Virus record (IMG/VR): IMGVR_UViG_3300010222_000007
Coordinates: 1-43,925 of that record
Length of the DNA stretch: 43,925 nucleotides
Source of the DNA: a virus
Taxonomy: Duplodnaviria; Caudoviricetes
Strand: one strand, 5' to 3'
Made by a program: the position numbers and the translations under genes. Below are positions 26,075-35,668 of the stretch, in pieces (position 1 is the stretch's first letter; each line of letters opens with the position of its first letter). The notes under the pieces are model-generated. The model saw only the letters and a program-made list of their open reading frames with translations. It was not told the DNA's origin and searched no databases.

Positions 26075-26941
26075 TTAGGCACCGCTTGCGCCGCCGATGA
26101 CCTCAACGAGCGCCTCTGGCTCAGTGGGGACCCAGTCGTATCGCCCGTCGACGTAGTATTCGAACCGCCTGTTGTCGTTGTTGCGCTCGCGGTCCACCGA
26201 GAACTGCCGGCGGGGACTCTCCCAGCCGTACATCCCGGTGTCGATGACGTATGCCGAGTTGGTCCCCTGCAGCGGACCGCGGCGCACCTTCGTGACCGGG
26301 AGGTCGAGCAGCACGTCGTCGGGCGTGCCGCCGCCGCGAAGCTCGCCCGCGAACTGCTCGGTATCGCCGGTGAAGTGATCCGACTTGAGCCACTCGGCGT
26401 ACGCCTGCGGGCTGGCGATGATGAGGTCCGGGTCGTAGCCCGTCTCGTCTTCCATGTAGGTCACGGCATCGACGATCGCTTCGTAGTCCATCGCCTCGGC
26501 GTCGTTACCGATGGTGGTGGCGTTTTTGTTCGCGTCGAGGACAGCCCCCGCCTTCGCATCGAGCCCACGCATCCGCTTTTTCGTGTCCGCCTGAGAGTGG
26601 ACGAGGGTCAGGTTGATGACCTGATCCTGGATGTCGTTGAACGTGATGTGATACTTCCAGCCGTACTCGGTCCACGCGGCCACGAGGCCGTCGTATTCGA
26701 GTTTGATGAGCGGGTGGGGGTCCTCGTCTTTGATCTCGATGAGTTCGCCCTCGAACCCGTCCTCACCGTCCGAGTTCTCTCCGAGAGAAGGGTACTCGAC
26801 GGCGTTACCCTCGCGGTTCGGGGCCTCGCTGTCATTCATGAACGCCTCCCGGTAGCCGTACATCTCCTCGGGCTCCGGCAGCAGCGTTCGCATCATGTCC
26901 TCGTCGGTCGGCGCAGCCGCGTAGTTGATGTCAGTAGGCAT
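26075..26941 (-). CDS. major capsid protein (HK97 fold)
   Basis: YGWKYHITFNDIQD, YEAIVDA...PDLIIASP, C-terminal PTEPEALVEV; follows scaffold and decoration genes. Confidence 0.85.
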   Translation of the reverse strand: MPTDINYAAAPTDEDMMRTLLPEPEEMYGYREAFMNDSEAPNREGNAVEYPSLGENSDGEDGFEGELIEIKDEDPHPLIKLEYDGLVAAWTEYGWKYHITFNDIQDQVINLTLVHSQADTKKRMRGLDAKAGAVLDANKNATTIGNDAEAMDYEAIVDAVTYMEDETGYDPDLIIASPQAYAEWLKSDHFTGDTEQFAGELRGGGTPDDVLLDLPVTKVRRGPLQGTNSAYVIDTGMYGWESPRRQFSVDRERNNDNRRFEYYVDGRYDWVPTEPEALVEVIGGASGA

Positions 26942-27339
26942 TAGCTACCACCTTCCAAGTGAACCGCCGCAGCGCCATCGGGGATCGATCCGAGGAACTC
27001 GCCGCCAGCGTCGGAGAACGCCTCGGCCTCGCTGCCGCCCGACGTGGCTGCCCCCTCCGTCGCGGAGGGACCGAGACCGTCGCCGGACGCGACGCCCGCC
27101 GTGACGGTCGCCACGCACACGCCGCCGATGATGACCGAGATCTTGTCTCCGGCCTCGAAGCCTTCGATGTTGTCTTTTGAGTCCGAGATAACGCCCGTGA
27201 ACTTCGGGTCGTCGGTGCCGTCGGCCTGCGTGACCTGGCCACCGGACAGTGCCACGAAGTCCCCCGGCTCGCCGGTGCCGTCGGATTCCATCGTCGCTCG
27301 GCGGCACTCGAGGATCTCCTGGCCCGGTTCGCGAGCCAT
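26941..27339 (-). CDS. capsid decoration/cement protein
   Basis: Gly/Ala-rich, 132 aa, AGDKISVIIGGV...GDGL...G.A pattern; immediately upstream of the MCP gene. Confidence 0.65.
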   Translation of the reverse strand: MAREPGQEILECRRATMESDGTGEPGDFVALSGGQVTQADGTDDPKFTGVISDSKDNIEGFEAGDKISVIIGGVCVATVTAGVASGDGLGPSATEGAATSGGSEAEAFSDAGGEFLGSIPDGAAAVHLEGGS

Positions 27340-28557
27340 TTAGACCACCTCCACGGTGAGGTCCTCGAAGTCGTCGACGCCCGCGATGTCCGCTGCCTCG
27401 CTGCGGAGCGTCTCGGCGTACTCATCGTCCACGCCGTCGAACGTCTCGGCACGCTCCGCGAGCGACTCGATCTCGGCCTCGTCGTCCGAGGAGAGGTCGC
27501 CGATGGACCCACCCTTTCCGGACGTGGGGTCGGGGTCGCCGCTCTGCGGGTCCGGCGTCAGACTGAGTGCTTCGGCCACGCTGTCAGGCGACTCGTCGCC
27601 CTCGGTGAGCGTGTCGAACATCTCGCCCGTGTCGAATTTCTCGCGCACGACGTCCTCGGGGAGGTCGGTGCGCTGGCTCATGGCCTCGACGGCCTGAGAT
27701 TCGACGGGCTCCATCTGCTCGCGGAGGTCTTCGAGTTCGTCGTCGAGTTCTTCGAGCTGGTCGCGGAGGTTCTCGTTTTCCGCTTCGAGTTCCTCGGCGT
27801 CGGCCTCGCGGAGCTCCGTGAGTTCGGCGCGGAGCCGTTCGTTCTCCTTGCGGAGACCCTCGACGGTCGTCTCGTCAGGATCCTCCGGGTTGTCGTCGTC
27901 AGCCATTGTCTCTGTGCCCGATTCCTCGCCGTCGGGGTTAGTGTCGCCGTCGGCGGGCGCGCGGGTGGCGTCCTCGTCGTCCACGCCATCGGCGGCGTCG
28001 AACGTGTCGGCGAGAGCTTCGGCCACCATGCCCGCACCAGCGTCCGACTGGAGCGCCTCGATCGTCGCCGCAGGGCTACCTCCCGAATCGACGACCGCGA
28101 GATCGCGCCACCAAGCGATGTCTTCGACCGCGCGGCCGCCGAGGTCCTCGTCGTACTCCGCACCGCCGTGAAACAGCGCGGGCGAGACGTCGACGAGCCC
28201 CGCCTCGATGAGCGAGCGCTCGGGTTCGCGGTGGACCTCGCCCTCGAAGGCGATACCGACACCCGGTTCGTGCTGCGCGTCCGTGACCTCGCCGACGATG
28301 GCGCCGTTCGGTGGGTGCTTGCTTTCGAGATCGTCGTGATTCGAGTCGTCGACGATCTTCTTGCCCACGAGATTGTCGGCCGCAGCATCCAGCACCTCCG
28401 GCGGGTAATAGGAGGGACCGTCGCCGCTATCGCTCGTTGAGCCCTGTGCGAGCCCCTCTCCGAGGGCTATTCCTCGCACCGCGAGGGCGTCTTCGTCGTC
28501 ATCGGGGGCGGCGTGGGCCGCGAAGCCGGCACTCTGTTCGATCGTGACGTCTGGCAT
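27340..28557 (-). CDS. prohead protease/scaffold fusion
   Basis: N-terminal H...VGEV...DVSP...DLAVV protease-like region; C-terminal acidic coiled coil. Confidence 0.7.
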   Translation of the reverse strand: MPDVTIEQSAGFAAHAAPDDDEDALAVRGIALGEGLAQGSTSDSGDGPSYYPPEVLDAAADNLVGKKIVDDSNHDDLESKHPPNGAIVGEVTDAQHEPGVGIAFEGEVHREPERSLIEAGLVDVSPALFHGGAEYDEDLGGRAVEDIAWWRDLAVVDSGGSPAATIEALQSDAGAGMVAEALADTFDAADGVDDEDATRAPADGDTNPDGEESGTETMADDDNPEDPDETTVEGLRKENERLRAELTELREADAEELEAENENLRDQLEELDDELEDLREQMEPVESQAVEAMSQRTDLPEDVVREKFDTGEMFDTLTEGDESPDSVAEALSLTPDPQSGDPDPTSGKGGSIGDLSSDDEAEIESLAERAETFDGVDDEYAETLRSEAADIAGVDDFEDLTVEVV

Positions 28558-28618
28558 ACCAGCGATCCGGCGAGCGGGCGCTTACCGACGGCGTGAGCGG
28601 GCGCGCGGGTGGCGTAGG

Positions 28619-29275
28619 CTACCCATCGATGAAGGGGCGGTTGGTGATGGTAGAAGTGTAATGCTCGACGGTGATATGGCAAGAGCGACAGAGCGTCATG
28701 TAGTTCCACTCTTCGTTCACCCCGCCGGCAAGCAGCGGTATGATGTGGTGCAGATCGAGTTTTTCCGCACTCTCCCCACACATCTCGCATTTATCCCCAC
28801 GCTCATGCTGGCGGATCCAGCCCCAAGAAGCCCCTGGGAGCAAAGCCTTCATCGCGTGATAAATCGACTTCCCACCCGACCACCGGGGGCTTCCCTTCCC
28901 ACTAAAACCGATGCTTTGACACTCCCTTGAGCAGAAATTCCGATCGTTCACGTTGCAAGCTGGGCGGGTTAGAGACTCCCCGCAAACTGAGCATGGCACT
29001 TCCTCCGAATTATACTGCGGATTGCCCTCGCCCCGATAAGAACTTTCAAAGGATTTGTATTTGCACCCCTCGGAACAGAACCGCGACCGGCTAGACCGCC
29101 ATGGCAGGATGTCTTTTCTATCACCGCACTCTTCACAAATCAGCGTATAGCGGAGGGGTGACTCGTGGGCCTGAGTATGATGAACAGAAACGCCGGTTTC
29201 GGTATCAAAAACCCTTCCGCAGGTGGGGCACATCGGTTCGCCAGACTGATAGTCGCGCAACTTCTGTTGAATCAT
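28619..29275 (-). CDS. HNH endonuclease with C2H2 and treble-clef zinc fingers
   Basis: CPTCG..H...H; FCSxxC repeats; CEMCG...LDLHHIIP..GGVN...N...LCRSCH; basic and lower GC. Confidence 0.88.
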   Translation of the reverse strand: MIQQKLRDYQSGEPMCPTCGRVFDTETGVSVHHTQAHESPLRYTLICEECGDRKDILPWRSSRSRFCSEGCKYKSFESSYRGEGNPQYNSEEVPCSVCGESLTRPACNVNDRNFCSRECQSIGFSGKGSPRWSGGKSIYHAMKALLPGASWGWIRQHERGDKCEMCGESAEKLDLHHIIPLLAGGVNEEWNYMTLCRSCHITVEHYTSTITNRPFIDG

Positions 29276-29340
29276 GCTGGTTCTCCCAGCACGGTCGGGG
29301 CTCCACCCCCGGCCGATTCACTCGGCGACACCGTGCTGCT
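29276..29340 (-). promoter_or_regulatory. structured 5' leader of the HNH gene
   Basis: CAGCACGGT/ACCGTGCTG stem enclosing two hairpins; alternative GCTGG/CCAGC hairpin abutting the ATG. Confidence 0.5.
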
Positions 29341-29387
29341 TAGTTACAACCACACACCAGAGGGCGATAAGCGTTCCGTATAGCGGT

Positions 29388-30206
29388 TTACGTGAAGTAC
29401 CCATCCGGAATTGTCAAAGCGCATTGACAGTTAGGATGATAGGGTGGATTCCCCTCGGGTATCTCGCCGGTTTTGTAGGGGTTCCCCGAGATAACGGACG
29501 CACAGACCTCGCACGGACTCGTATTCAGCACCGCCACCTTGTCTATCCCGTTGGATTTGTAACGCCTTTCGCTTGCCATGTTGTACGAGCGAGAAAGCTC
29601 GGTCCGCGCCAGCGCTTTAGATCGTGTAAGGCCGACGGCATCGATCCGGTCATTCATCCTCTGGGCGATCTTCCGGGGGTTCTCGCCAGCGAGCAAACCG
29701 TCCGACAGCTCCCGACTGATCTCTTGGCTGACTTTTGAGGTGATCCCGTTGAGCTCCGAGAACGCCCGTCGGTAAAGCATTCGAACCTGTTCTTGATGGA
29801 TTGGGAGGTTGAACACCGCCTGCAACTCCGAGCGGGGGTAATCGGTCTCACCGCCGGCTTGGCGGAGTCGCGTCCCCGAATCGCGGAGGCCCCCCTCATA
29901 CGAAGCCCGCAGAAATTTGGCCGAATAATGGCCGCCCTGCCGGAGTTGCTTGTCGCCGACGGGTTCGAGCACGTCCTGACGCATCCGGCGCTCGATCCAG
30001 TTTTGGAACTGTTGTTCTTTCTCGGCCCGCCCCCGGAAGTCGAAGCCCCCATCGGTGACCGGATCGCCCGGTTGGGGGGCTTTGAGACCGAGGCTGTCCT
30101 CCTCGATCACGCGCTGGTTGATGTCGCCCTTCAGCGAACGCCACCGTTTCGCCATGGCACCGCTGAATTTTTTCGATTGTGCCAAGACACGCGCATCGGG
30201 TATCAT
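29388..30206 (-). CDS. minor head protein (SPP1 gp7/Mu gpF family)
   Basis: LARTELSRSYN...CEVC...PPYHPNCQC. Confidence 0.9.
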   Translation of the reverse strand: MIPDARVLAQSKKFSGAMAKRWRSLKGDINQRVIEEDSLGLKAPQPGDPVTDGGFDFRGRAEKEQQFQNWIERRMRQDVLEPVGDKQLRQGGHYSAKFLRASYEGGLRDSGTRLRQAGGETDYPRSELQAVFNLPIHQEQVRMLYRRAFSELNGITSKVSQEISRELSDGLLAGENPRKIAQRMNDRIDAVGLTRSKALARTELSRSYNMASERRYKSNGIDKVAVLNTSPCEVCASVISGNPYKTGEIPEGNPPYHPNCQCALTIPDGYFT

Positions 30207-30211
30207 GGGTA

Positions 30212-30397
30212 TTAGGCGAGGTTCTGGCCGTCTTGAGCGACCCCTTGCTGATCATCCATCCCAGCGAGCGCGTTGAGGCACGAGGCACAAACGGCAGCGA
30301 GGCGCGGATCGGAGTGGTCGACACGCGTCACGCGCCGCGAGCGTCCGCAGTTGTCGCACGCCCCGGATCGCCAGCCAGTGCCGAACCAACCAGTCAT
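30212..30397 (-). CDS. zinc-finger micro-protein
   Basis: CDNCG...CASC; ATGA overlap. Confidence 0.55.
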   Translation of the reverse strand: MTGWFGTGWRSGACDNCGRSRRVTRVDHSDPRLAAVCASCLNALAGMDDQQGVAQDGQNLA

Positions 30398-30594
30398 GAT
30401 GATGACACCCTCACATGGCCCTCGCAGAACACCCGCTCCCGTTCGGGACCCTGCGGCGGGCGGTCCCGGACTCGATAGTCGGCCTCCTCTTGACAGCGCC
30501 GCCCCGACGGGTAGTGATGTTGGCACTGGACACCAGCAGGCGCGGGATCGAGGCGATTGAGGCCCCCTGCGACGAGCGAGAAGGGCGCGCTCAT
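30394..30594 (-). CDS. Cys/His micro-protein
   Basis: C...C...FCEGH; ATGA overlaps. Confidence 0.55.
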   Translation of the reverse strand: MSAPFSLVAGGLNRLDPAPAGVQCQHHYPSGRRCQEEADYRVRDRPPQGPERERVFCEGHVRVSSS

Positions 30595-30731
30595 CGGCCG
30601 CCCGCCCCCCACTCGTGATGGTCCTCGTCGGTGAGTTCGGCGAGGTCCGCACACCACACGCCACAGACCGAGCACTTACGCGGCCAGCACGTCGGCGGCG
30701 CGTCGCCAGCGAAGTAATCGGCGACCGTCAC
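30591..30731 (-). CDS. 46-aa Cys/His micro-protein (MTVADYFAGD...CSVCG)
   Basis: manual translation; fills the gap, and its stop overlaps the next ATG. Confidence 0.45.
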   Translation of the reverse strand: MTVADYFAGDAPPTCWPRKCSVCGVWCADLAELTDEDHHEWGAGGR

Positions 30732-30735
30732 GCCG

Positions 30736-30957
30736 TCACCCATCGTCTCCACCACGGCCAAGCCCACGCGTCCTTAGCTCGTGGGTCAGTTCGTTAAACT
30801 CACCCGCCACCTGCTCGCGGGTCTGGCGACGCTGGTAGACCTGCAGCGCCCGAAGCGCGATCGTCGTTGCGCCGACGGCGGCGAACCCGCCGATGATCCC
30901 GCGGATAGCGGCGTTGATGGGGCCGTCAATGTGGACGGTAAATTCGGCGTCGCTCAT
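30736..30957 (-). CDS. single-TM hypothetical protein
   Basis: ATGA overlap; hydrophobic segment. Confidence 0.55.
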   Translation of the reverse strand: MSDAEFTVHIDGPINAAIRGIIGGFAAVGATTIALRALQVYQRRQTREQVAGEFNELTHELRTRGLGRGGDDG

Positions 30958-31154
30958 CGGTCGTCACCCCCCAACGGTTCGATTTCAACGAACTGTCTGA
31001 GGTGTTCCCGGAAGAATTGTTCGTCGAGCGTGACATGCTCGGACGGGTCGCCAGTCAGCGACTCGTCGATCCCGGCCATATACCCCTCTATGTAGTTCGC
31101 CGCTGCTTCGGTCTCGAACGAAACCTCCACACTGAGTTGGGAGGGGCCAATCAT
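30954..31154 (-). CDS. small acidic hypothetical protein
   Basis: ATGA overlaps; GGTGA Shine-Dalgarno-like sequence at the 3' end. Confidence 0.6.
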   Translation of the reverse strand: MIGPSQLSVEVSFETEAAANYIEGYMAGIDESLTGDPSEHVTLDEQFFREHLRQFVEIEPLGGDDR

Positions 31155-31342
31155 TGCTCGCCACCCTTGCGCTGCTCGCGTTTTTTCCCCACGCCGTAGA
31201 AGCCGAGCGCGCCGAGAATCCCGATGATCGCTTCGACGGCCACGTCGCTGGGAACGCCGCTGATCTCGACGAGAAAGACCAGCGCCCCCACGCCGAGCAC
31301 CGCACCGACCAACTCTTTGACTGTCTCCTGATCGAGCTGCAT
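31151..31342 (-). CDS. two-TM holin-like protein
   Basis: 63 aa, two TM helices, basic C-terminus KKREQRK. Confidence 0.6.
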   Translation of the reverse strand: MQLDQETVKELVGAVLGVGALVFLVEISGVPSDVAVEAIIGILGALGFYGVGKKREQRKGGEQ

Positions 31343-31546
31343 GGTCGGGTCGTGGTGTTGATGCTACCTGAATCTTCGGTGTGGGTGCATGGGTCGGTGC
31401 TTATATGGGAGAGCATCCCGAATGGACGAGTGTGCGACGAGCCCATCCGTCGCGCTGTCGCACTGCTCCCGATCGCTGTCCAAGCGCTACCATGCCGGCC
31501 GTCCTGCTTTTCTCAGGGCGGCCGTCGGCCTGCTTCCACTCGCCGG

Positions 31547-31738
31547 TCAACGAAGCGTTGTCGTGACCTTGTGCCCGCCACCGTCGTGGCCGTCGTCGCT
31601 CGAATACTTCAACACGACTTCGACGTCCGGGTCCTGCTCGGGGGTGGCGTACCGGTACCGAAGTTCACCCGTCTCACGAAGCACCGCGATGTCGCCCTCC
31701 GTGAGCTCGACACCGTAGGGTTGGATGTCCTCACTCAC
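31547..31738 (-). CDS. small acidic hypothetical protein
   Basis: GTG start overlapping the end of the portal gene. Confidence 0.5.
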   Translation of the reverse strand: MSEDIQPYGVELTEGDIAVLRETGELRYRYATPEQDPDVEVVLKYSSDDGHDGGGHKVTTTLR

Positions 31739-33260
31739 CGCCCTCACCCGCATTCATGAGCGCGTTGAACTGCCGGACCGCTTCCTCGTCGGACCCGTCC
31801 ACCGGCTCCTCGTCAGTCGTCAGCGCCGCCTCTTCGGGGTCGAGCTGAAGAACCAAGTCGAGCAGCTGCTCCTCGTTCACGAGCGTTGACGGCGGCGATC
31901 CACCGGCGATGTTCTTCAGCGCGGTGGAATACTCTTTGAGCCGGGTCATCTCCTCGTCCGTGAGCGAGAGCACCGGCGAGGTCTCGGTCGGCGGTTCGAG
32001 CGTGATCTCGACGCCGTCGGTCGGGTAGGCGTGCTGATCAGCGACGCGCTTGAAGACTGGTGTGAAGGTGCGGGAGATCAACTGCTTGCGCTGTTTCACC
32101 GCCTGCTCGTGGGCAGCCGCCTGATCGCTTGCGATGTCGCGGTTGAGGTTGTCCGCGAACCCGGCCATGAACTTCGGGGCGGGCATCGCGCTCAGGATGT
32201 ACTCGACGAAGAACTCGTAGCGGCCGACGAGGTCCGCCACTTCGCCCGAGACGTCGTGGACCTCCATTGAGCCAGCGTCGTACGTCACGACCTCGCCGGG
32301 CTCAGCCGTCTCGATATGGCTCCCGACGCGATCCTTGCCCGTCTCGGAGAGTTCGGTGATCTCCACGCCGTTCGGGAGACTCTCGACGAGCGGCTTGAAC
32401 CCGATGAACAGTTGCTTCCACGCCGAGGATTCGACGGCGACCTCGTCGTTGCGCATCATCTCCTTCATCGTCTCGGTCTGCTCGGAGATCTGCTCAACCG
32501 CGCTCTTGCCCGTGACGCCACCGGGATCGGGGTTGCGAACGGCGCGAGTGAGCTGATCGACGTCGAACCGACGCTCCTTGAGGCGACGGCCCTTTCCGTC
32601 GGTCCAGATCTCGTCGGCATCCCGATCGTACTGGACGTACGCCGCGGCCGTATCACGCCCGGTGAGCTTGTTCGCGTACTGAGTGTCCTGCTTTCGGAGC
32701 AGCATCGACGAGCCGGGGCGCGTCTGATAGCTGATGGTGCTTGGCGGCACCATCTTCAGCGCTGCGACGGCATCCGGGCGCTGCAGTCCCGGCACGTTCT
32801 CGGTGATGGGCGTGCCGTAGATGTCGAAGACCTTTGACCATACGTCGACGAGCTCGATGAAGTCCTTGCCCGTCTCGCCGGCGATGATCGCACACTGCTT
32901 GCCCCACTGCTCGAGGAACTCCTGCGTACGGTCGTCGTCGGCCTGCACCCGCCAACCGTCGGCGGTGGTATCAGAGGCCATCTGGTCGATCGGCGAGGAG
33001 ATGAGCGGTGTCGTATCGTACTGGTTGCGAAACTTCGAGTAGGCGTCGCGTGGCGGCTCGATCTGCTCGGCGCGCTTGCCTCGCCTTCGCGTCGACGAGC
33101 TGCTCCCGCCGATGTTGATCGTGTCACGTGTGTTGAGCCGCCGCCCGAAGTCGCCGACGAACTCGCCGATGTCGTGCGCTCGGGAACGAATCGAGTCGGT
33201 GAGATCCCCGAGCGACGACGACTGCGGATCCGGAGTGAGACGAGAATCCTCCGATGACAT
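31731..33260 (-). CDS. portal protein
   Basis: 509 aa directly after TerL and before the gpF-like gene; helical; G.S.VE and ILSAMPAPKF motifs. Confidence 0.8.
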   Translation of the reverse strand: MSSEDSRLTPDPQSSSLGDLTDSIRSRAHDIGEFVGDFGRRLNTRDTINIGGSSSSTRRRGKRAEQIEPPRDAYSKFRNQYDTTPLISSPIDQMASDTTADGWRVQADDDRTQEFLEQWGKQCAIIAGETGKDFIELVDVWSKVFDIYGTPITENVPGLQRPDAVAALKMVPPSTISYQTRPGSSMLLRKQDTQYANKLTGRDTAAAYVQYDRDADEIWTDGKGRRLKERRFDVDQLTRAVRNPDPGGVTGKSAVEQISEQTETMKEMMRNDEVAVESSAWKQLFIGFKPLVESLPNGVEITELSETGKDRVGSHIETAEPGEVVTYDAGSMEVHDVSGEVADLVGRYEFFVEYILSAMPAPKFMAGFADNLNRDIASDQAAAHEQAVKQRKQLISRTFTPVFKRVADQHAYPTDGVEITLEPPTETSPVLSLTDEEMTRLKEYSTALKNIAGGSPPSTLVNEEQLLDLVLQLDPEEAALTTDEEPVDGSDEEAVRQFNALMNAGEGGE

Positions 33261-33348
33261 TGTTCACGCTCCGCTGCAGGTGCGGGTAGTGGTGGTGTAG
33301 ATGCGCGGGCGGGCGTGGTTTTAATTGTCACCGCCTTCACCTCATGCT

Positions 33349-33525
33349 GTGGAAGTGAAATACCAGAACCCAACGACCGGGGACCCAGAAACCACAGAAT
33401 GCGGCAACTTCAAAGAAGGCAACCACGGTCTTGCCTTGTACCAAGGGCCTAGGCAGAGCAAAACAGTCGGCTACGTGCCGCTCGAAAACCTGATTGCCAT
33501 CATCCCTGACGAGGACGGCGAGTAG
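33349..33525 (+). CDS. small hypothetical protein (moron-like)
   Basis: own TATA TTTTAATT at 33319; VGYVPLENL motif; opposite strand. Confidence 0.55.
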   Translation: MEVKYQNPTTGDPETTECGNFKEGNHGLALYQGPRQSKTVGYVPLENLIAIIPDEDGE

Positions 33526-33584
33526 GACAAATAGCAGAACTCGAGACCGCGTACCAAGGCCACGAACAGGGCTTCAGTAGGCGG

Positions 33585-34982
33585 TCAGCGCCGTTGGCTG
33601 CTGTTCCGCCTCCGGCCTGGCTTCCGGTTCCGGGAACTCCGGGACTCCGATGAACCCGACGGGGTCACGGTAGTGCGCTTGACCTCCGTGCCGCCGTATT
33701 CGTCAGTGTAGAGTGCATACCTCAATGCATCGGCACAGTGATCGGTCGCCCCGCTGGTCCCGATCTCGTCCTCTTGGTAGCTCATAAACTCTCGGATAAG
33801 CTGACCACACGCCTCGCTCACGAGCAGGCCTGGGCCATGCCCACCGTCGTCCTGCAGCCGGCCCTGAACATAGTTGATCCCATCGTCGACGTCCTTGATC
33901 GCCTCCTGGACGGGCCACCCAGCACGCCGGAACTTATCAACGTGTTCCGGGACGTGCTCGGAGTAGATCGTGCCCTCGGGTTTGGCAGAGAGCCAGCCAC
34001 TCCCGTCGTTCGGGTCGATGACGTCCTCGGGTTGGCTCTCCTCGCGATGGAAGTGATCCAGCACAACGAACACGTCGGTCGGGGTCTTGCCGACCTCAAG
34101 CACGACTCGGGGGTCCTTGTAGCCCGAGTCGTAGCCGTACATCCGCCAGCTGTCGTCGGTCACGATCTCGCGAGCGTGGGCAGCAGGGATGACGTGACGA
34201 TCCCGCGAGAAACGGTCGTAGACTAGCCCCTCCGCAGCGCTGAAGCCACCGGCAAGCGCCTCTTCCTCGCGTTCGGTGCCGGCGAACTTCCGAATCTGCT
34301 TTTCCATCGTCTCATGGAATGGGTTCCGACGAGCGTCGGCCACGACGTTCTTCATGCGCGTTGTGATCGGATCGCCACTCGGCGTCTCTTGGAGCTCGAC
34401 GAACTGCCAGAACTGGTTGTACCCGTTGCCGGTTGAGGTCCACAGCGAGATGTTCGGCCCGCCCGCCGTCCGCTGTCGAGAGATCAGCATCTCGTCAAGT
34501 TTGAAGAGGTTCGTCGTTCCGTAGTGGGCTACCTCGTCACACCAGATGAAGTTGAACTCGCCACCGGCGTAGCGATTCCATTTGTCGGCCGATCCGAGCC
34601 GGATCACCGAGCCGTTGAACACGGTGAGCCGGGATTTGTTCCGGTTGTAATCGTCGATGAGCGGGGAGTTCTCCGGGTCGCCGCCTTGATCGGGGATCGT
34701 GTCCTCGCCAGGGAGCTCCTCGAAGAACTTCTTGTAGGTGGTCGGGCCGCCCTTTTTCGAGTCCTGCGCGATGATGAGGTTGTCCGACCCGGCGACGTCG
34801 ACAGCGAACAGCATCGTTGCCCGCGAGCCGAGCACGGTCTTGCCCGATCCGAAGCCACCCCGGAACGACACGAGATCGTGCTCACCAGATTGGAGGGCGT
34901 TCAACGCTTCCTGTTGAGCCGACCAGAACTTCCAACCGATGTCAAGAGCACCCCCATCCGTGGCGCTAGCTGTCGTCGCCAT
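33585..34982 (-). CDS. terL: terminase large subunit
   Basis: Walker A GGFGSGKT, Walker B FIWCDE, motif III TST, nuclease GYDSG and DHCADALRYA. Confidence 0.95.
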   Translation of the reverse strand: MATTASATDGGALDIGWKFWSAQQEALNALQSGEHDLVSFRGGFGSGKTVLGSRATMLFAVDVAGSDNLIIAQDSKKGGPTTYKKFFEELPGEDTIPDQGGDPENSPLIDDYNRNKSRLTVFNGSVIRLGSADKWNRYAGGEFNFIWCDEVAHYGTTNLFKLDEMLISRQRTAGGPNISLWTSTGNGYNQFWQFVELQETPSGDPITTRMKNVVADARRNPFHETMEKQIRKFAGTEREEEALAGGFSAAEGLVYDRFSRDRHVIPAAHAREIVTDDSWRMYGYDSGYKDPRVVLEVGKTPTDVFVVLDHFHREESQPEDVIDPNDGSGWLSAKPEGTIYSEHVPEHVDKFRRAGWPVQEAIKDVDDGINYVQGRLQDDGGHGPGLLVSEACGQLIREFMSYQEDEIGTSGATDHCADALRYALYTDEYGGTEVKRTTVTPSGSSESRSSRNRKPGRRRNSSQRR

Positions 34983-35668
34983 CAGTCCTCCACCGGCTCC
35001 GACTCGACGTCGACGTAGTCGGTCTCGTCGGGGACCCGTTCGATGTTGAAGTTCACCGTCAGACCGCCGGCCTCGATGCTGTTGGTCGCCGCATCCTCGG
35101 GTGGGAGGTTCAGATTGAGATCCTTTAGGCCTTGGCGAATGTCCGAATCAATCGAGGAGACCGGCCGTTGAAGATGGTGCTCCTCGTCGCCCCAGATCGG
35201 TTCGCCAGTCTGAGCGTCGGTCCCGATCACTGTCTCTTGGGAGGGGCCGTTCTCGACGAGTATTCCCTTCGCACGAGCGCGCCGCCAGATGTCGACGCAG
35301 ATGTCAATCAGCTGTGTTACTCGCGGATCGTCGGGGTCCCATCCCCCGAACTCGATGTATTTTCGAGTGAGTGTGTCTACGAACTCGCGATCGCCGGGAT
35401 CGAGCGCAGGGTAGAGCTCGCCTGGTGAGCGAGCTGAGTACGCGCCGTGATTGAGGGCGTTCGTGTTTCCGTCCTGATCGAGATCGTGCGACCCAGCGGC
35501 GTTCTGGTTACCTTTCGGCGCACCAGGATTCTTCCCACCGTGGATCGCACACCGACCGTTTCGCGGATCGCCGTTTTCGTCTTTGTAGGGGTACGCCTCG
35601 CAAAAGTAGGCGTTGTCCTCACCGGCCGGCGCGTTGCACCGTCCGTCTGTCGGCTCTTCCGATACCAT
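34982..35668 (-). CDS. terS: terminase small subunit (HGG zinc-motif type)
   Basis: RC..HGG..PGAPKGNQNA...NALNHGAYS; directly upstream of terL. Confidence 0.8.
   Translation of the reverse strand: MVSEEPTDGRCNAPAGEDNAYFCEAYPYKDENGDPRNGRCAIHGGKNPGAPKGNQNAAGSHDLDQDGNTNALNHGAYSARSPGELYPALDPGDREFVDTLTRKYIEFGGWDPDDPRVTQLIDICVDIWRRARAKGILVENGPSQETVIGTDAQTGEPIWGDEEHHLQRPVSSIDSDIRQGLKDLNLNLPPEDAATNSIEAGGLTVNFNIERVPDETDYVDVESEPVED

Noticed and set aside
28619-29340. IscB/OMEGA-type RNA-guided nuclease
   Set aside because: No RuvC or PLMP motifs, and the leader (~65 nt) is far shorter than an omega RNA.
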